DNA from: Octopus sinensis
Taxonomy: Eukaryota
Length of the DNA: 64,000 nt
Direction: 5' to 3'
NCBI RefSeq assembly: GCF_006345805.1
Contig: NC_043008.1
Coordinates: 73,160,001 to 73,224,000, forward strand
Shown here: piece after piece, positions 24,711 to 37,262 of the stretch
How positions within the stretch are numbered: position 1 is the stretch's first letter
How the letters are laid out: each line of letters starts with the position of its first letter
Position numbers and translations under genes: made by a program
Notes under the pieces: generated by a model
Told to the model about the DNA's origin: nothing
The model's database searches: none
What the model saw: the letters and a program-made list of their open reading frames with translations, nothing else

Positions 24711-27069
24711 TGGGCAAGTGATATCTGGTTGGTTATGTTGCAGCTTCATATCTGTCTAGATTGACATATGCCATGTGAGTTTCCCCTGAGCATTCTATGC
24801 TACTGGCAAAAGTTGGTGAGCATGCTACTTGTTGGAACATTCTAGCTGATACTTCCTGCCCAGTTCTCAGTGCATTTGCACTGACACTTTGTCATGACAT
24901 ATTTTGTACTCCTTTTGGGACAACTTTGAACATCCACCAATTATATGTCTGTCACAGAGGATATTTTAGAATAATTTACACTAAGGTGATACTGCTCTCA
25001 TATCAATGCTATACTTAACTGAATTGGTTCATAAAGCTTGTTCTTGAGTAACAAGAACCAGTCCTTTTATCAATTTCTTTTAAAAACCATGACATAACCA
25101 TCTCCGGGATTCTTCAACAGTTTCATACAGTGTTTGCTGAAAAAAAACTCTCCATGTAGGAGTTTTTCATTCCATTTGATGATTTTTTTCTTTATTAGTC
25201 CTCATACTGTACTCCTGAATGGTCTCAACATTGTCATTGACCACCTTCACACTCAGTGCAGCCTGCAACATTCTTTTATCATTATTCCTCAGTAAGGCAT
25301 GCAAGGACTGGATTTCCTTCATAACACTATCCTCTATTCCAATCAATCTTCTTCCGCCTTCTTTTCTAGGTAAATAAAACCATGTTATGTTACTTCTAGT
25401 ATGAAGGCACCAATGCAGAGCCCCTGTCTTTTTAGTCTTTCTATCCATAGTTACCGGTTCTTTTGTCCACTCCACAACTCCTGTGCAGTAACACACCACA
25501 CCTACAGCCCAAGTGCTGATTCCTCTAATCATGTTCCCTCCATTTAACTTGGATTTACATAACATTTTTCACTCTTCTAGTAAATTCAGAAGAATTTTTT
25601 TCCTTCATCTTGATGTTCATTATCTGGCCTCATTGTACAACACCAAGATACTGGTAACCCTCTCCATTCACTTCCCATATGTGCTCATCATCTGGAAGTT
25701 ATACTCCACTATTGTCTACTTTTCACCCTCTTCTCAGTTCAATATCAGTGCATTTATTTTGATTAAATATCATCTGATTGTCATATGAGAAAATTCATAC
25801 AGTTTGAATAAGGAACTCCAGTTTATCTCAGCTGGCTCTATAATGTTTCAAATTATTCATAAACAGCAGTTGGTTAACTGGTCTCACATTTTCCTGCTGT
25901 TTGTAGCCACTCTCATCTTCTTCAGAGACAAGGAGAGCAGCAACATACTAACAAAAAAACAGCAATTGTGAGATAAGGTCTTCTTGAATGATTCCCCTGC
26001 TGCTGTCAACTTGTCCAGTTTCCTCTCTACCGGCTGTCATACTGTTTTTGAATAAATACATTATATTTTTAGCTGCCCTAACCATCTCCATGAGTGAGGA
26101 ACCATATAATATCCTTTCTTATAGTCAATCAAAGCTATTAATAGGCTTGTCAAACTTCTCTTGACAATTCCTTAAAATTGCCTTATCTATTAGCAAATGA
26201 TCCTTTTTTTCAAGTGATCCCTTCCAGCAGCTTTTCTGTTTATCCAAAAGCAGTTAGTTTCTTTCAAGATGGTCATACAATTTCTTTCCTATAAATTAAG
26301 TTAGAAGTTTCCACATCATAGGTAAACAAGCAATCAGATGATAGTTACTGGATGTGACACCCTTGGTTGGATGCTTCTGAATCAACACTGTTCTTCTTTG
26401 ACCCTTTCGTTACTATATTTCTGTGTTTCAATTAATTTCTAACATAATCATAAATTTAGTCTGGTTTCATTAAACAACTATAACTTTTTTATTTATCAAT
26501 ATATTAATGTGATTTTTGGAAGATAATTTAATGAAAGGTTCTCAACCAATCCTATACCATAACTTTTGTCACAAAGTGAATCTAATTGCAGGTAGATGCA
26601 GGTAAATTCAACAAAATATAAAATTATTAAAATTTTTGTTCAAACATCGCTATAGAAAATGGGTTATTAGCTAATATTCAATTGGGTATACAACAAAATT
26701 TTACAATAGAAGAGTTGTGCACATTACTGGATTCATTAGGTGAATTTAAACACACAAAAGACAGGTGTACCACGAAGGTATAAGTAGAACGAAAGACTGG
26801 AATTTGTCTGTGAAGAAAACTAGAAAACAAAATAGACACACACCATCAACTAGATTAAATAAGCTCTCCCATATACATAGATACACTGATACAATAATGC
26901 ATAGATACATACATAGATACAATAATGATTTACAAAAGAAATTAATCAAAATTCGTCACTCTCCTTACAGGTAAATTAAAATAACAAGTAAATTAAAATT
27001 ACACAAAGAAAAATAAAAACGAAGTAAATTTGAAAATATTTATAAAATCAAATCACACATATATACAAA

Positions 27070-28735
27070 TCAAACAATATTCCTATCGTGAAAACTTGTA
27101 AAGCACCCTGCTCTACATAATGCAACCTTGCAGAATGCACATTGGAAAGTTGTTTCAACAGCCCTTCCACTAGGCGCTTTCCTTTTTTGATGAAGGCATT
27201 CGCGACACTGCTTTTTGGGACCCTTGATTTTTTCTAATTTATGGAGATCGGCTGAATTCAGAGGGATATCCCTCTGGCAGGCTTTGCTTTTTCTTCCTAC
27301 AGTTATTTATTTTTTTTTTTTTTGGAATAACCAGCTCTTAGTTGCGTTGCTACATCTGCTCGGAACTGCAAATGGTCGCATCGCTTCCAAGCCGGTCCCG
27401 ATTTGGTATATAGTATAAACGCATTAATAATACTCATATTTACTATATACCAAACCAGGTATCACCACCATTTATTCCCCGGTCCGCCAACTGGATAGTA
27501 AGACACCATCTGATTCAGCCGATCTACACCACCCATGCACCTGTTATAATCGAGGTTCATAAACAGCGTGCCATTTTCATCCACATGTGGCCGTGCACAG
27601 GTAGACAGAAAATTGATCTGCCTCTTATCTCTGTATGCAGTCGCTAGCAAATTTCCTTTCTGCCGTTGAATTATTTCACCTTTTTTTTTAATTTTGCTTT
27701 TTTTATATCCAATGGCAGTCCTTTTCTAATAGCGATCACACAAGCACATGTATGTATTGCCACAGTATCTAAATTTTCCGCGAGCTTGACCGAACTGAAA
27801 AATCGGTCAAAAAATAGTATACGGCTCTGGTTATGGATGGAAGTGATAAATTCCAGACCACATTGTACCCTCGGCCATGCTGACTTACATAATTGTCTCT
27901 TTTGCCTGTATAAAATTCAAATCTTGAGCAGTACCCAGTACTTGATTCGCAAATCTTCCAAACTTTGATCCCCCATTTTGTGGGCTTTCCGGGCATATAC
28001 TGTTGAAAACGTACTCGGCCTTTATAGCCCACCATACCCTCATCAATTGATAAACATCTCCCCCGTTTATAAACAGTTTTATATGTGTTTTGAACACAGT
28101 CAATAAGGGGTCTTATTTTAAATAAGGGATCAAAGCCTGGTTCTCCACGTACTGGTGTAATGCTCGTGTCTCTTACATGTAAATATTGGGTCAATTTTAA
28201 AAATTGTGTCCTCGATACATACTCGTCTCGAAAGGGCTCATCGCTATTCCAGTAATTTGTTATTCTGGGTAACTTTCTGATACCCATAATAATATTTATG
28301 GCAAAATAGGCCTTAATTTCATTTAAGGTTGTGGGAAACCACAAACTATCCTTTCTTTCACTTTGTTTACATTTAGCGTAATGGTTCGTTTCCGCCGTAA
28401 TGAGTTCAAATAGACTCATTGGAAAAAGTTTTAAAAAATAGTCTATCGCTTTGCTCTCCTGGGAAAGACTGTGGCTTGGTCCAGTTTCTTCAGAAAAATC
28501 ACTAGAAGAAACAGTTTTTAAATTTTCACTCCATTCAGGAGCCAATACATTTTCTTCATCGCTGTTGGAGCTCTTGGAATCACTGCTCTCACTTTCCGAA
28601 AATGAAACATCGGATTCATTTTCAAATACCACGTGCTTTTTTTTTTTCAGTCATAAAGTTAGATTTATCAAGGTCTTCAGTAGAAAATCCTTCGAATTCT
28701 GACTCGCTGCTTGACAGAATGAAATTTGTATCCAT
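27070..28735 (-). pseudogene. piggyBac (PGBD4-like) transposase pseudogene, nearly full length, frameshifted
   Basis: ATG at 28735, frameshift in an A11 run (28637-28647), then the 287-aa tracked ORF with SIDEGMV and KPTKWGIKVW; after a further frameshift FFDRFFSS and YNRCMGGVDRLNQ; C-terminal Cys-rich domain CRECL...FQCAFCKVALCRAGCFTSFH ending at TGA 27072-27070. Confidence 0.88.
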
Positions 28736-28901
28736 TTTTTGTCAGAATTACAAATTTAAAAAATACAACAGGAACAAATTTGGGAAAAAATCTCCAAAAA
28801 TTCACGGAATCAAAATTACACCTCGATCGTTCAACAAAACTGTAGATGAACTGTTTACGAAGTATAATCACGTGTTTTCACGAATGTACTAACTAGATTT
28901 G

Positions 28902-29265
28902 CTCTTTTACTCTTTTACTTGTTTCAGTCATTTGACTGCGGCCATGCTGGAGCACCACCTTTTAGTACTTATTCTATCGGTCTCTTTTTGCCGAACCGCT
29001 AAGTGACGGGGACGTAAACACACCAGCATCGGTTGTCAAGCAATGCAAGGGGGACAAACACAGACACACAAACACACACACATATACATATATATACATA
29101 TATACGACAGGCTTCTTTCAGTTTCCGTCTACCAAATCCACTCACAAGGCATTGGTCGGCCCGGGGCTATAGCAGAAGACACTTGCCCAAGATGCCACGC
29201 AGTGGGACTGAACCCGCAACCGTGTGGTTGGTTAGCAAGCTACTTACCACACAGCCACTCCTGCT
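28902..29265 (-). mobile_element. SINE family A inserted in the piggyBac 5' region
   Basis: Near full-length homology to 46837-47232. Confidence 0.85.
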
Positions 29266-31288
29266 CTGATATTCTCATTTAAATATGAATAGGTGATTAC
29301 GGACAGTTTTGGGCGGCTTGGTCACATGAACCAAAATTTTTTTCGGGCAGCTTTGGGCGGTTTAGTAACGAAAGGGTTGACCATTAATTCTGGTACAATT
29401 CCTTGGTGTAGGAACTTTTATTGTTTAAGATGTAAATTTCTCAAAACCTTCAAACAAAAACCCTGAACTAGGTCAGGGCCAGCTACCTTCCAATTTCTCA
29501 TCATCCCTAATTCATCTTGAATATGTTCCAACATGATGAAAGTGTCTTCTAATATCCCCATGTCATTAAATTCTTCTTCCACTTCATGAAGTCCAAGTGC
29601 CTTGTTGTGTTTGACACCATCTCTCCAGATTTTACTCGCAAGTAAAGTTACTTCTTTGGTATCAGGTAACTCTGCTTCTTCCTTACTTCCTCCATCCAAG
29701 GTCTAATAGAACAGCTTCTTATTTATTCTAACTGGTTGATTTTGTGAAAGCTGTAGATATCTTACCACATATCTTTTGATCTTAACTGCACTCACTTTAA
29801 TCTTTTGTGCTAACAAACATATTCAGTATAACCAGAACATCTTTCTCCACCTGATGGTATTTCTTATTCATGTAATTGGGATCTCTTTCATTGAGCCTCA
29901 TATTACCATTTCTTATTTCCTCAATCTTAATTAAATCCTTCTACCATATATTGATGCTTTCTTGATTCTCCTGTTCCAGAATGCTTCTTTGTTTCTTTGT
30001 TCTTTCTCTAAACAATCTCTTCTCTGTAATGACACAAGTAGTGATGTTCATGAAGGAATTTAACATGATGTCCTTAATTAAAATTCTCATGACATCTTTA
30101 TTTGCTTTCTGATTTTTGATCTTAGCTTTGTTCTATCACATGACTTCAAGAAGGATAGCCTTTTCATTTCCTTAAGGAACATCACTTTCAGAAGTCTGAG
30201 GTGGAAAGTAGCTAGATCTAGGCTAATTTCTTCTGGTGACTCTCTAGTTTGAGGTATACTAATATCTTCTGTAGATTGTAGATTTCCTCCCTCCATGTTC
30301 AAGCCCTGTAGATTCTCTTGTCCCATAGTTATTTCTTCTGGACCAGTAGTTCTCTACTGTTCCTTTCACAACTTCGTTTTAATTTCCTCTTGCTCCATCC
30401 TCTCTAGCCAATGTTTGATCATAACTTATCTGATCTGATCAGCCAATCTTTGTTCACTCACATCCTTTAGCTATTCATATGGATAGGATTTTTTCTCACA
30501 GCTCTAGTAACTTTTCTTATAACCTCTTTTCTCTGGCTCCCTCCTATGATAACATTCAAACAACAATTTGTTGTTCCCTTTTGTCCATTCTAATCCCCTT
30601 TGCTATAGTGAGCCAGCAGCAGCTTAATTATTACTGGGCCTATGCTGCTGTTCCACAGGACACCTGCCAGATGTGACACATTTGCTAAGAGCACCAGCCT
30701 CATGGATGTCATTAAGATTGCTTTTCATTATAAACATTTCTCTCATGAATGAGCTGTGAGTTTTAAGTTCACTCCCAACCAGTAGTTACATTGTGTTACC
30801 ATCACTAGACAAGTTGTCAGTCAAGACTTCTGAGAGACTTGTCTGCCCTCACTGAAGCTGGTTATCCTGTGCTAGTCACCACCTCTACAATTTTTTCTTG
30901 CAGCAAATAAAGACTCATCTGGTTGGTGACTGTAGTGAGTTCAATTGCCTTTTCATAGATTTTGTTTATCATCCTGCAGGATGATAAACAAAAGCCACGC
31001 TCCTTACCAGATAAGCATTTGGTAAGATTGCTGGTTTAGTCACTGACAGCCTGACCATGAAGCAAGTTGTATTGGATTACGTGTTTCTAATAATGCTAAA
31101 AGTGATCTGACATAATATTACTGTTATTACTACAAATACTAATACTATCACTATCACCAACATTATTACTGCAACCATTATTATTACTATTATGTCCACA
31201 ATTAGCATCTCTCATTACCCTTATCATTATCAAGATTCCATAGCAGGTGGTGGAGCAAGATAGAGTTTCAAGATTTCTGGTATGAAGA

Positions 31289-31462
31289 TTTACATTATTT
31301 ACATTTGATGGATATTTGTCCTGATCTTGTTTGTTGATAACACAACGTTTCAGCTGATATACCATCCAGCCTTCTTCGGGTGTCTTGGAGGGAAATTTCA
31401 AACCTGAGTTCCATCGAATGTAAATAATGTACATAATTCCTCATCTCTTAAATATAGAACTG
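31289..31462. mobile_element. Headless HHR family 2 copy with an inverted 3' tail
   Basis: Minus strand ACAC-CCGAAGA-A-GGCTG[GATGGTATAT]CAGCT-GAAAC-GTT|GTGT at 31340-31383; 31411-31462 is the family 3' tail on the plus strand. Confidence 0.7.
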
Positions 31463-31527
31463 AAGATTTTCAGTATAGGTGGTGGAGGTGAGAATGGTTA
31501 GATGCATCATGGGCAACTATGAGCAAG

Positions 31528-31876
31528 CAAGATTCTGATATTGAAGAGAGAGAAAGAAAACAAAAATAGAAATATATCCATTATTCTAAAATGAGAGAAA
31601 GCAAACTAAATCTATCTAAACTGACATGCAAGTAACTTTCTAGCATTGATGAGGAAGAGGAGACAAATGATTTCTAACTGACATTGAATGTACTGCATAT
31701 GGAAGTATTAGGTCTTGACAAGAGATCATCACCAGAACTGAAAGTAGAACTTCAAAATAACAGCTTTTTACATAAGAAACACAAAAATCATGGCCAACCA
31801 AGTTTCCAACATTGAAGAAACACAACAAACTAGAATCTTATATCCACTGTTCTAGGCAAGAAAGTTTCCAATGCCG

Positions 31877-31938
<62 letters not shown>

Positions 31939-32270
31939 CACAATAGAAATATATCTACTATTCTAGGCAAATTTCTAACATTGAAGAAAGAGAAAGAAAA
32001 CAAAATGAAAATAGAAATATATAACTTATTCTAAAATTGATGAGAGAAAATGAACTAAATATATCTACAATGACATGCAAGTAACTTTCTAACATTAATG
32101 AGAAAAAGGAAACAAATGTTTTTAGCCTGCATTTAAAGTACTGCATCTGGAAGTATCAACTTTGGTTTTAATGAGAGATTGTCACCACAATTGAAAATCT
32201 TCAAAATAACAACTTTTAACATAAGAAATGCAAAATTCATGGGCAATCAAGTTTCCAACATTGAAGAGAG
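31528..32270. repeat. Diverged tandem repeat, two ~275-bp units plus short fragments and (GA)n
   Basis: Recurrent CAAGTTTCCAACATTGAAGA anchor at ~31528, 31799, 31969 and 32249; shared TGACATGCAAGTAACTTTCT segment. Confidence 0.7.
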
Positions 32271-33607
32271 AGAGAAAGAGAGAGAGAGAGATTATTATTG
32301 TAGTGTTGATGTCACGTTAAGAAAAACCCATTTACTGGTGCCATGCAAAAAGCATCCATCCTCATAAAAACACCCATGCTGGTCTCACATAAAAAGTACC
32401 CAGGACACTTTGTAAAGAGGTTGGCATTAGGAAGGGTTTCCAGCCATAGAAAGAAGCCATGCCAAAACAGCCAACTGGAACCTGTCGAACTGCCTAACTC
32501 TCGCCAGCATAGAAAGCACATGTCAAATGATGATGATAATAATTATATATCCACTTACAAGGCTTTGGTTGGCTTGTCACTATAGAAGACATGTGTCAAA
32601 GGTGCCACTCAGTGGTACTGAACCTGAAACCATGTGGTTGGAAAGTGAACTTCTTACAACACAGTCTACATTGATTTCAATGATAAATTATCAACCAGTC
32701 CATGTACTAATGATTTACTGTTTCGAATTAAAATGTGAAGCAGCTGACGATTCCACAGACACATATACCCTAATTGTAATTCCTAGGGGGAATCAGAGTG
32801 ATTACAGTATGTAAGTTTCCACTGACTTAATTTGACACACAAGTCCCTGGGAAGCTTTGGTTAAAATTAGTGAAGTTTGCTTCACAAAGGGAACACACAC
32901 ACACACATGTACATCATGCATTTCTTGAGATGCATACCACACACACTCACACATATAATCGTTTTAATGGTTTGAGACATTAGAGAGAGACTATATTGGA
33001 GCACCACCATGAAGGATTTGTGTCCATCATGTTGTGCTCAGTAATTAATTCATCGAACTCTATTTCTTGAATATGTAAGTCTTAATTTTAGGGTGTAACA
33101 ACATGCAATCTAATGCAGCAATTTATGATAGAGCATAAAATACACATACCCCTATGCCCACACTTAAGTCAAAAACAGTCAAGACAAAGGAACAAACAAC
33201 ACAGTATTAACAAATACAATGAGTTTAGTGTTAGACTGCCTTGCTCTCCCAGAAATTGATTTGTCATCAAATAGAAAGCATGAGTAGAGGGAAAGCAAAA
33301 ACAGAATGAGGGAAAACATCTTTTTAAAAAATATTTTGGTGAAATTAAAGGGTGAAAGGCCAGTGAGGTAAGCTGTCTTATGAGGAAGTGAGTCGTGTGT
33401 GTATTGGTGGGGTCTATACACAAAGTGGCCCGGGAACGAAATTTGCTTAAAGGGTGCAAACTCAGGTCCAAAATTTTTTTACATACAAGGCCGATTTATT
33501 TTTTCAATCTTAAAATCAAAACAAACACAAGTAGGATAATATTATTTTTATTATTATATATGGAAAAGTAATGCTTCAAATCACTCCAAAAATCTTTCTA
33601 TACTTAC

Positions 33608-33785
33608 TCGTTTTGGTGATGAAATTTTCCAAGAGGATAGCTAAAGTCTTTTGATTGCACAAGATTTTATGTACATGCATTACAGCATAATTTTGAGCCC
33701 AGCTCAAAGTTTTGGCAACAAAAAAACATCCAGAATAACCTTCATATCTATGAAGTGTAGTCAGGGGAAAATCTTCACGGACATC
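33608..33785 (-). CDS. Candidate exon of an unidentified gene (phase 0 to 1)
   Basis: Acceptor ...GTTTCTGAAAACCAG|G, donor CGA|GTAAGT; open frame DVREDFPLTTLHRYEGYSGCFFVAKTLSWAQNYAVMHVHKILCNQKTLAILLENFITKT. Could instead be a decayed TE ORF. Confidence 0.33.
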
Positions 33786-36757
33786 CTGGTTTTCAGAAAC
33801 ATAACAATAACTAATTCGTATTCCATTCCAGAGCAATCACAAATAGTACCAATAAGCATGGAATCTTTAAACTTTTTTTTGATTTTATGTTGGATTTTAG
33901 GAGCATGTACACAATGCTATTTGAAGCATGTTTGCAAGCCCACAAAATATTCATTGGGAGTCAACAACAATTATCTCTCCTGTTGAATATTCTAGAATAA
34001 ACCAAGTGAACGTAGTTAGCTCCCCCTTTGCTAGCTTACAAGGCATAACTTTTAAATGACACACAGGAGGGCATTAGTAGCATAACTCCTTTTTTTTTTT
34101 TTAGAGCGTATCCCGATTGAACTTTCTCAATTTTCCCTTATGACATGGCAAAGTCAACTTCGGAGAGAGAGAGCCAGGCACATGCATTTTGATGTTAATT
34201 TCCTACCAGCAACTCACATTGGTATTCTACGTCTAGTGCCTGTGGAAAGTAAATTTTGCGGCTTGATTTTTTTCTGTTTTCTTATTGTCATCGTAGAACA
34301 TGAGATGTTTAGAACATTTTCTTCATCCCAGATAACTTTATTAAACATTGTGTACTCACTGTATGAGTTCGTTTATTACGTATCAGAATAAAACCTTGAA
34401 CACGGAGTTGTTTACGCACGGACACAAGTGCTGTTTCACTTACTGCACCAGGGGCATTTCACAGCCATTGGATTAGTGATTCCGACCAACTATTACAGTG
34501 TTGACGTTTTCATTAGCGGCATCCCTCGTTAAAGTGGTAACGCCAACTTAGAACACACATCCTGGTCCTTTGCTAAAGTGGGGGCCCCATGTAAAAATAT
34601 CTACAGACTTCGCTTCAACAGTTATTGCATGCTATATGTATTCACAACATTCAACTTCATGATTGCCTCTATATTATCAGTTCTATCATGTGTGGAAAGC
34701 TATGAAATTTTCTGCGGTCAAGTTCTACACCGGGGACCAACTCACTACAGTAGTGAATCCGGTCAGAAAAAAGGACATACTTCTTGATTATGAGAAAATT
34801 TCTTCACCATATTTGTGATAAGTTGATGATAAATATTAATAATCCTATCACCATTCCCTGAGGCATACCACTTATTACAGGTGACTTTGCAGAGTAAAAA
34901 CCATTTCCAGTAACAAATTGGCTCCTACTATGCAGGAAGTCAAAGAGCCTTTCTCTAAGTTTTCCTGAAATACCAAGATTCCCTAACTTATGACTGATGA
35001 TCCCATGAACAATCTAGTCGGATGTATTAACAGAATCAAAGTATATACAGTCAATGTCCTTTCCTCTCAAGAGATTATTAAGAATAGTGTTATGGTGCAG
35101 TAATAGTTGTGAATGGCAACTTTGTTGAGTCCAAAAAACTATGCTGTATCTTATTTACAAAGTTGTTTTCCACAAGGTGTGTACTAATTCTATTTCAGAC
35201 AATGCATTTGATAATTTCAGATGTGTGAGACATGAGAGAAACATATCTGTAATTTTTAGCTTCAGCCCCACTACTTTCCTTTGTGTATAGGTGTTATTAC
35301 TGTGTCTTTTAATATTTCTGGAAATCGCCGGTATCTAACGACTTTTTAAATAGTATCTTTAATGATTTCAGGAGGCTGTTCTTGCATGTTTTTAGTTGTA
35401 TGGCTGGGACACCATCTAGTCCAGATGCTGAGTTTGAATCTCAGTCATTAAATGTAAGTTGAGTTCTGGGGATCAAAGAATTCATTTGGCTCATAAATAT
35501 ATTATTGGGAAGATGCACTATCATAATGTTAACTCAAGAATGTGCATATTTGTGATGAATCATTAGCATATGATTAATTTTGATCCATTAGATAGCCAAT
35601 CTGATTATGCATAGCTGATTTTTGTTTAGCGAAGAGGAAATAGAACTTAGAAATAGATTTTATATTTTGCATTGCTTGTTGTTCTCTTAGCGAAGTTTCT
35701 TTTTCATGGGATAGTTTTAGGTCCAGTTTGATGTTCTTTTTTTTTCTTTTCTCAATCTCATCTGCTGAAAGAGTTTGGTTTTATAGTTGTTTTGTTCGTT
35801 TGATTTTGTTACACATTAGTATCTTATGGAATCAAATGCTTGTAGGAATAGATGTGTTTATATGGGAAATCCTTTCAACAAACTCTTTGTACAGAAACTT
35901 AATTTGCTTGTTAACATTGAGATTACCAATTTGTTTCAAAGATTTCAGTTTTGATTTCATTCCACTTGGCCTTCCTGAAATTCAAGTTCATGAGGAGTGA
36001 GTCATTAATGTTATTTGAGTGTATTGCCCTCTTTGAACCATATACAGATAATTGTATAAATGTTGTGGTTAGAAATAGCTGTGAGAATGATCTGACATTG
36101 TAAGTGAAGCCTGTATTGATTGTAAAGACTCGGTCAAGTATGTCATTTCCTCTAGTTGGACGGGTAATGATTTATTGTATGAGGAAGTCTTTTAGTTGTA
36201 TCAAAAAGAAGATTCATATCTCTCCTGTTCAGTTGTACAATTCTAGGTTGGGGATAACCCTCAGGCCAGCTGAGATTAGGTAAACTAAAATGCCCTGCTA
36301 AAAGTACATTGGCCAGTGGGGCTGGCCTCATTTGAGGCTTGGCTTATGAGTAACAAAGCATCTTTGAACTGATCTCCGTAGTTAGCTGCATTAAGAAGAC
36401 AGTAGATAATGTCTATGATCAAACTGAGGTCAATTGCATACATTATTAGTGTATCACATAATGTTGGAGTGGGAGAAGAGGACGTTTGTTGCCAGTTTTT
36501 TTTTTGGATGAAGATCAATATTTCTCCTTGTTTCCATATCTGTGCTCAGTTCTGAGTAGTGCATAACCTGACATATGTACTTCCCAGTGGCGTGCGGTGA
36601 CTTCTGGGGCTGGGCATGCAATGAATTTCTTTGCCCCCCCCCCGGCAATTTTTCATTAAAAAAAATTTCGAATTCCTACGATTTACATATGGGAGATTGT
36701 GAATATGCAATCACCCCCGTATGACCTAGAATAAAAAAAAAAAACGTCACCCTGGTT

Positions 36758-36985
36758 CTATTTAAGAAGAGTGGTCCCGTTGCGCGCGCTCGCGCTGGCT
36801 AGTCGTGACTAGTCGATCCTACGACTATCTAGCAAAGTAAATAAATTTTTTAAACAAAATATATAAAACACAAAGTACATAATGTTTTAAACAAAGTAAA
36901 TAAAACACAAAGTAAGGGTCGACTAGTCACGACTAGCTGGCGTGGATGCTCGGGTGCGCACACCGGGACCACTCTTCTTAAATAG
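36758..36985. mobile_element. ~220-bp MITE-like element with terminal and subterminal inverted repeats
   Basis: Perfect 22-bp IR CTATTTAAGAAGAGTGGTCCCG (36758-36779 / 36964-36985) and a second perfect 19-bp IR GCTAGTCGTGACTAGTCGA (36798-36816 / 36919-36937) around an A-rich core. Confidence 0.75.
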
Positions 36986-37262
36986 TACCCATGATTTTTA
37001 AATTGTTTGCAATACTCATCAAATTTGTTGAAATTCGAAAGTTCCATGAATTTAAACTCTTCTAAGGATGAATATCGTGCTTTTATTTGGTCAACTATTG
37101 TACTGATAATTTTGTTATAAAGCATTTTATAACGTCGTTGGGGCTCAATAGATATATTCTTGGATCTCTGAATTCCGATTCCTGTATCGACTCCATATTT
37201 TTCCCCCAGGGTTCAGTCCCACTGCGTGGCACCTTGGGCAAGTGTCTTCTACTATAGCCTCG

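Larger units (their letters stand above)
26402..29376 (-). mobile_element. piggyBac transposon, 2975 bp including a SINE insertion
   Basis: Perfect 14-bp TIR CCCTTTCGTTACTA (26402-26415) / TAGTAACGAAAGGG (29363-29376); TTGA direct repeat on both flanks (26398-26401, 29377-29380); TTGGGCGG subterminal repeats at the right end. Confidence 0.92.
24195..31090 (-). mobile_element. Degenerate R4/Dong-clade non-LTR retrotransposon, interrupted by the piggyBac and a SINE
   Basis: Remnants MRNWKVAGPDLVQGF, (G)RTVLIQKHPTKGVTSSNY (spans the piggyBac site) and SKLNGGNMIRGISTWAVGV...YLPRKEGGRRLIGIED; 3' end abuts (TTA)n. The 5' boundary is approximate. Confidence 0.75.

Noticed and set aside
33400-34600. 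Possible TIR-bounded DNA transposon
   Set aside because: The similar end motifs are direct rather than inverted and no TSD was found.
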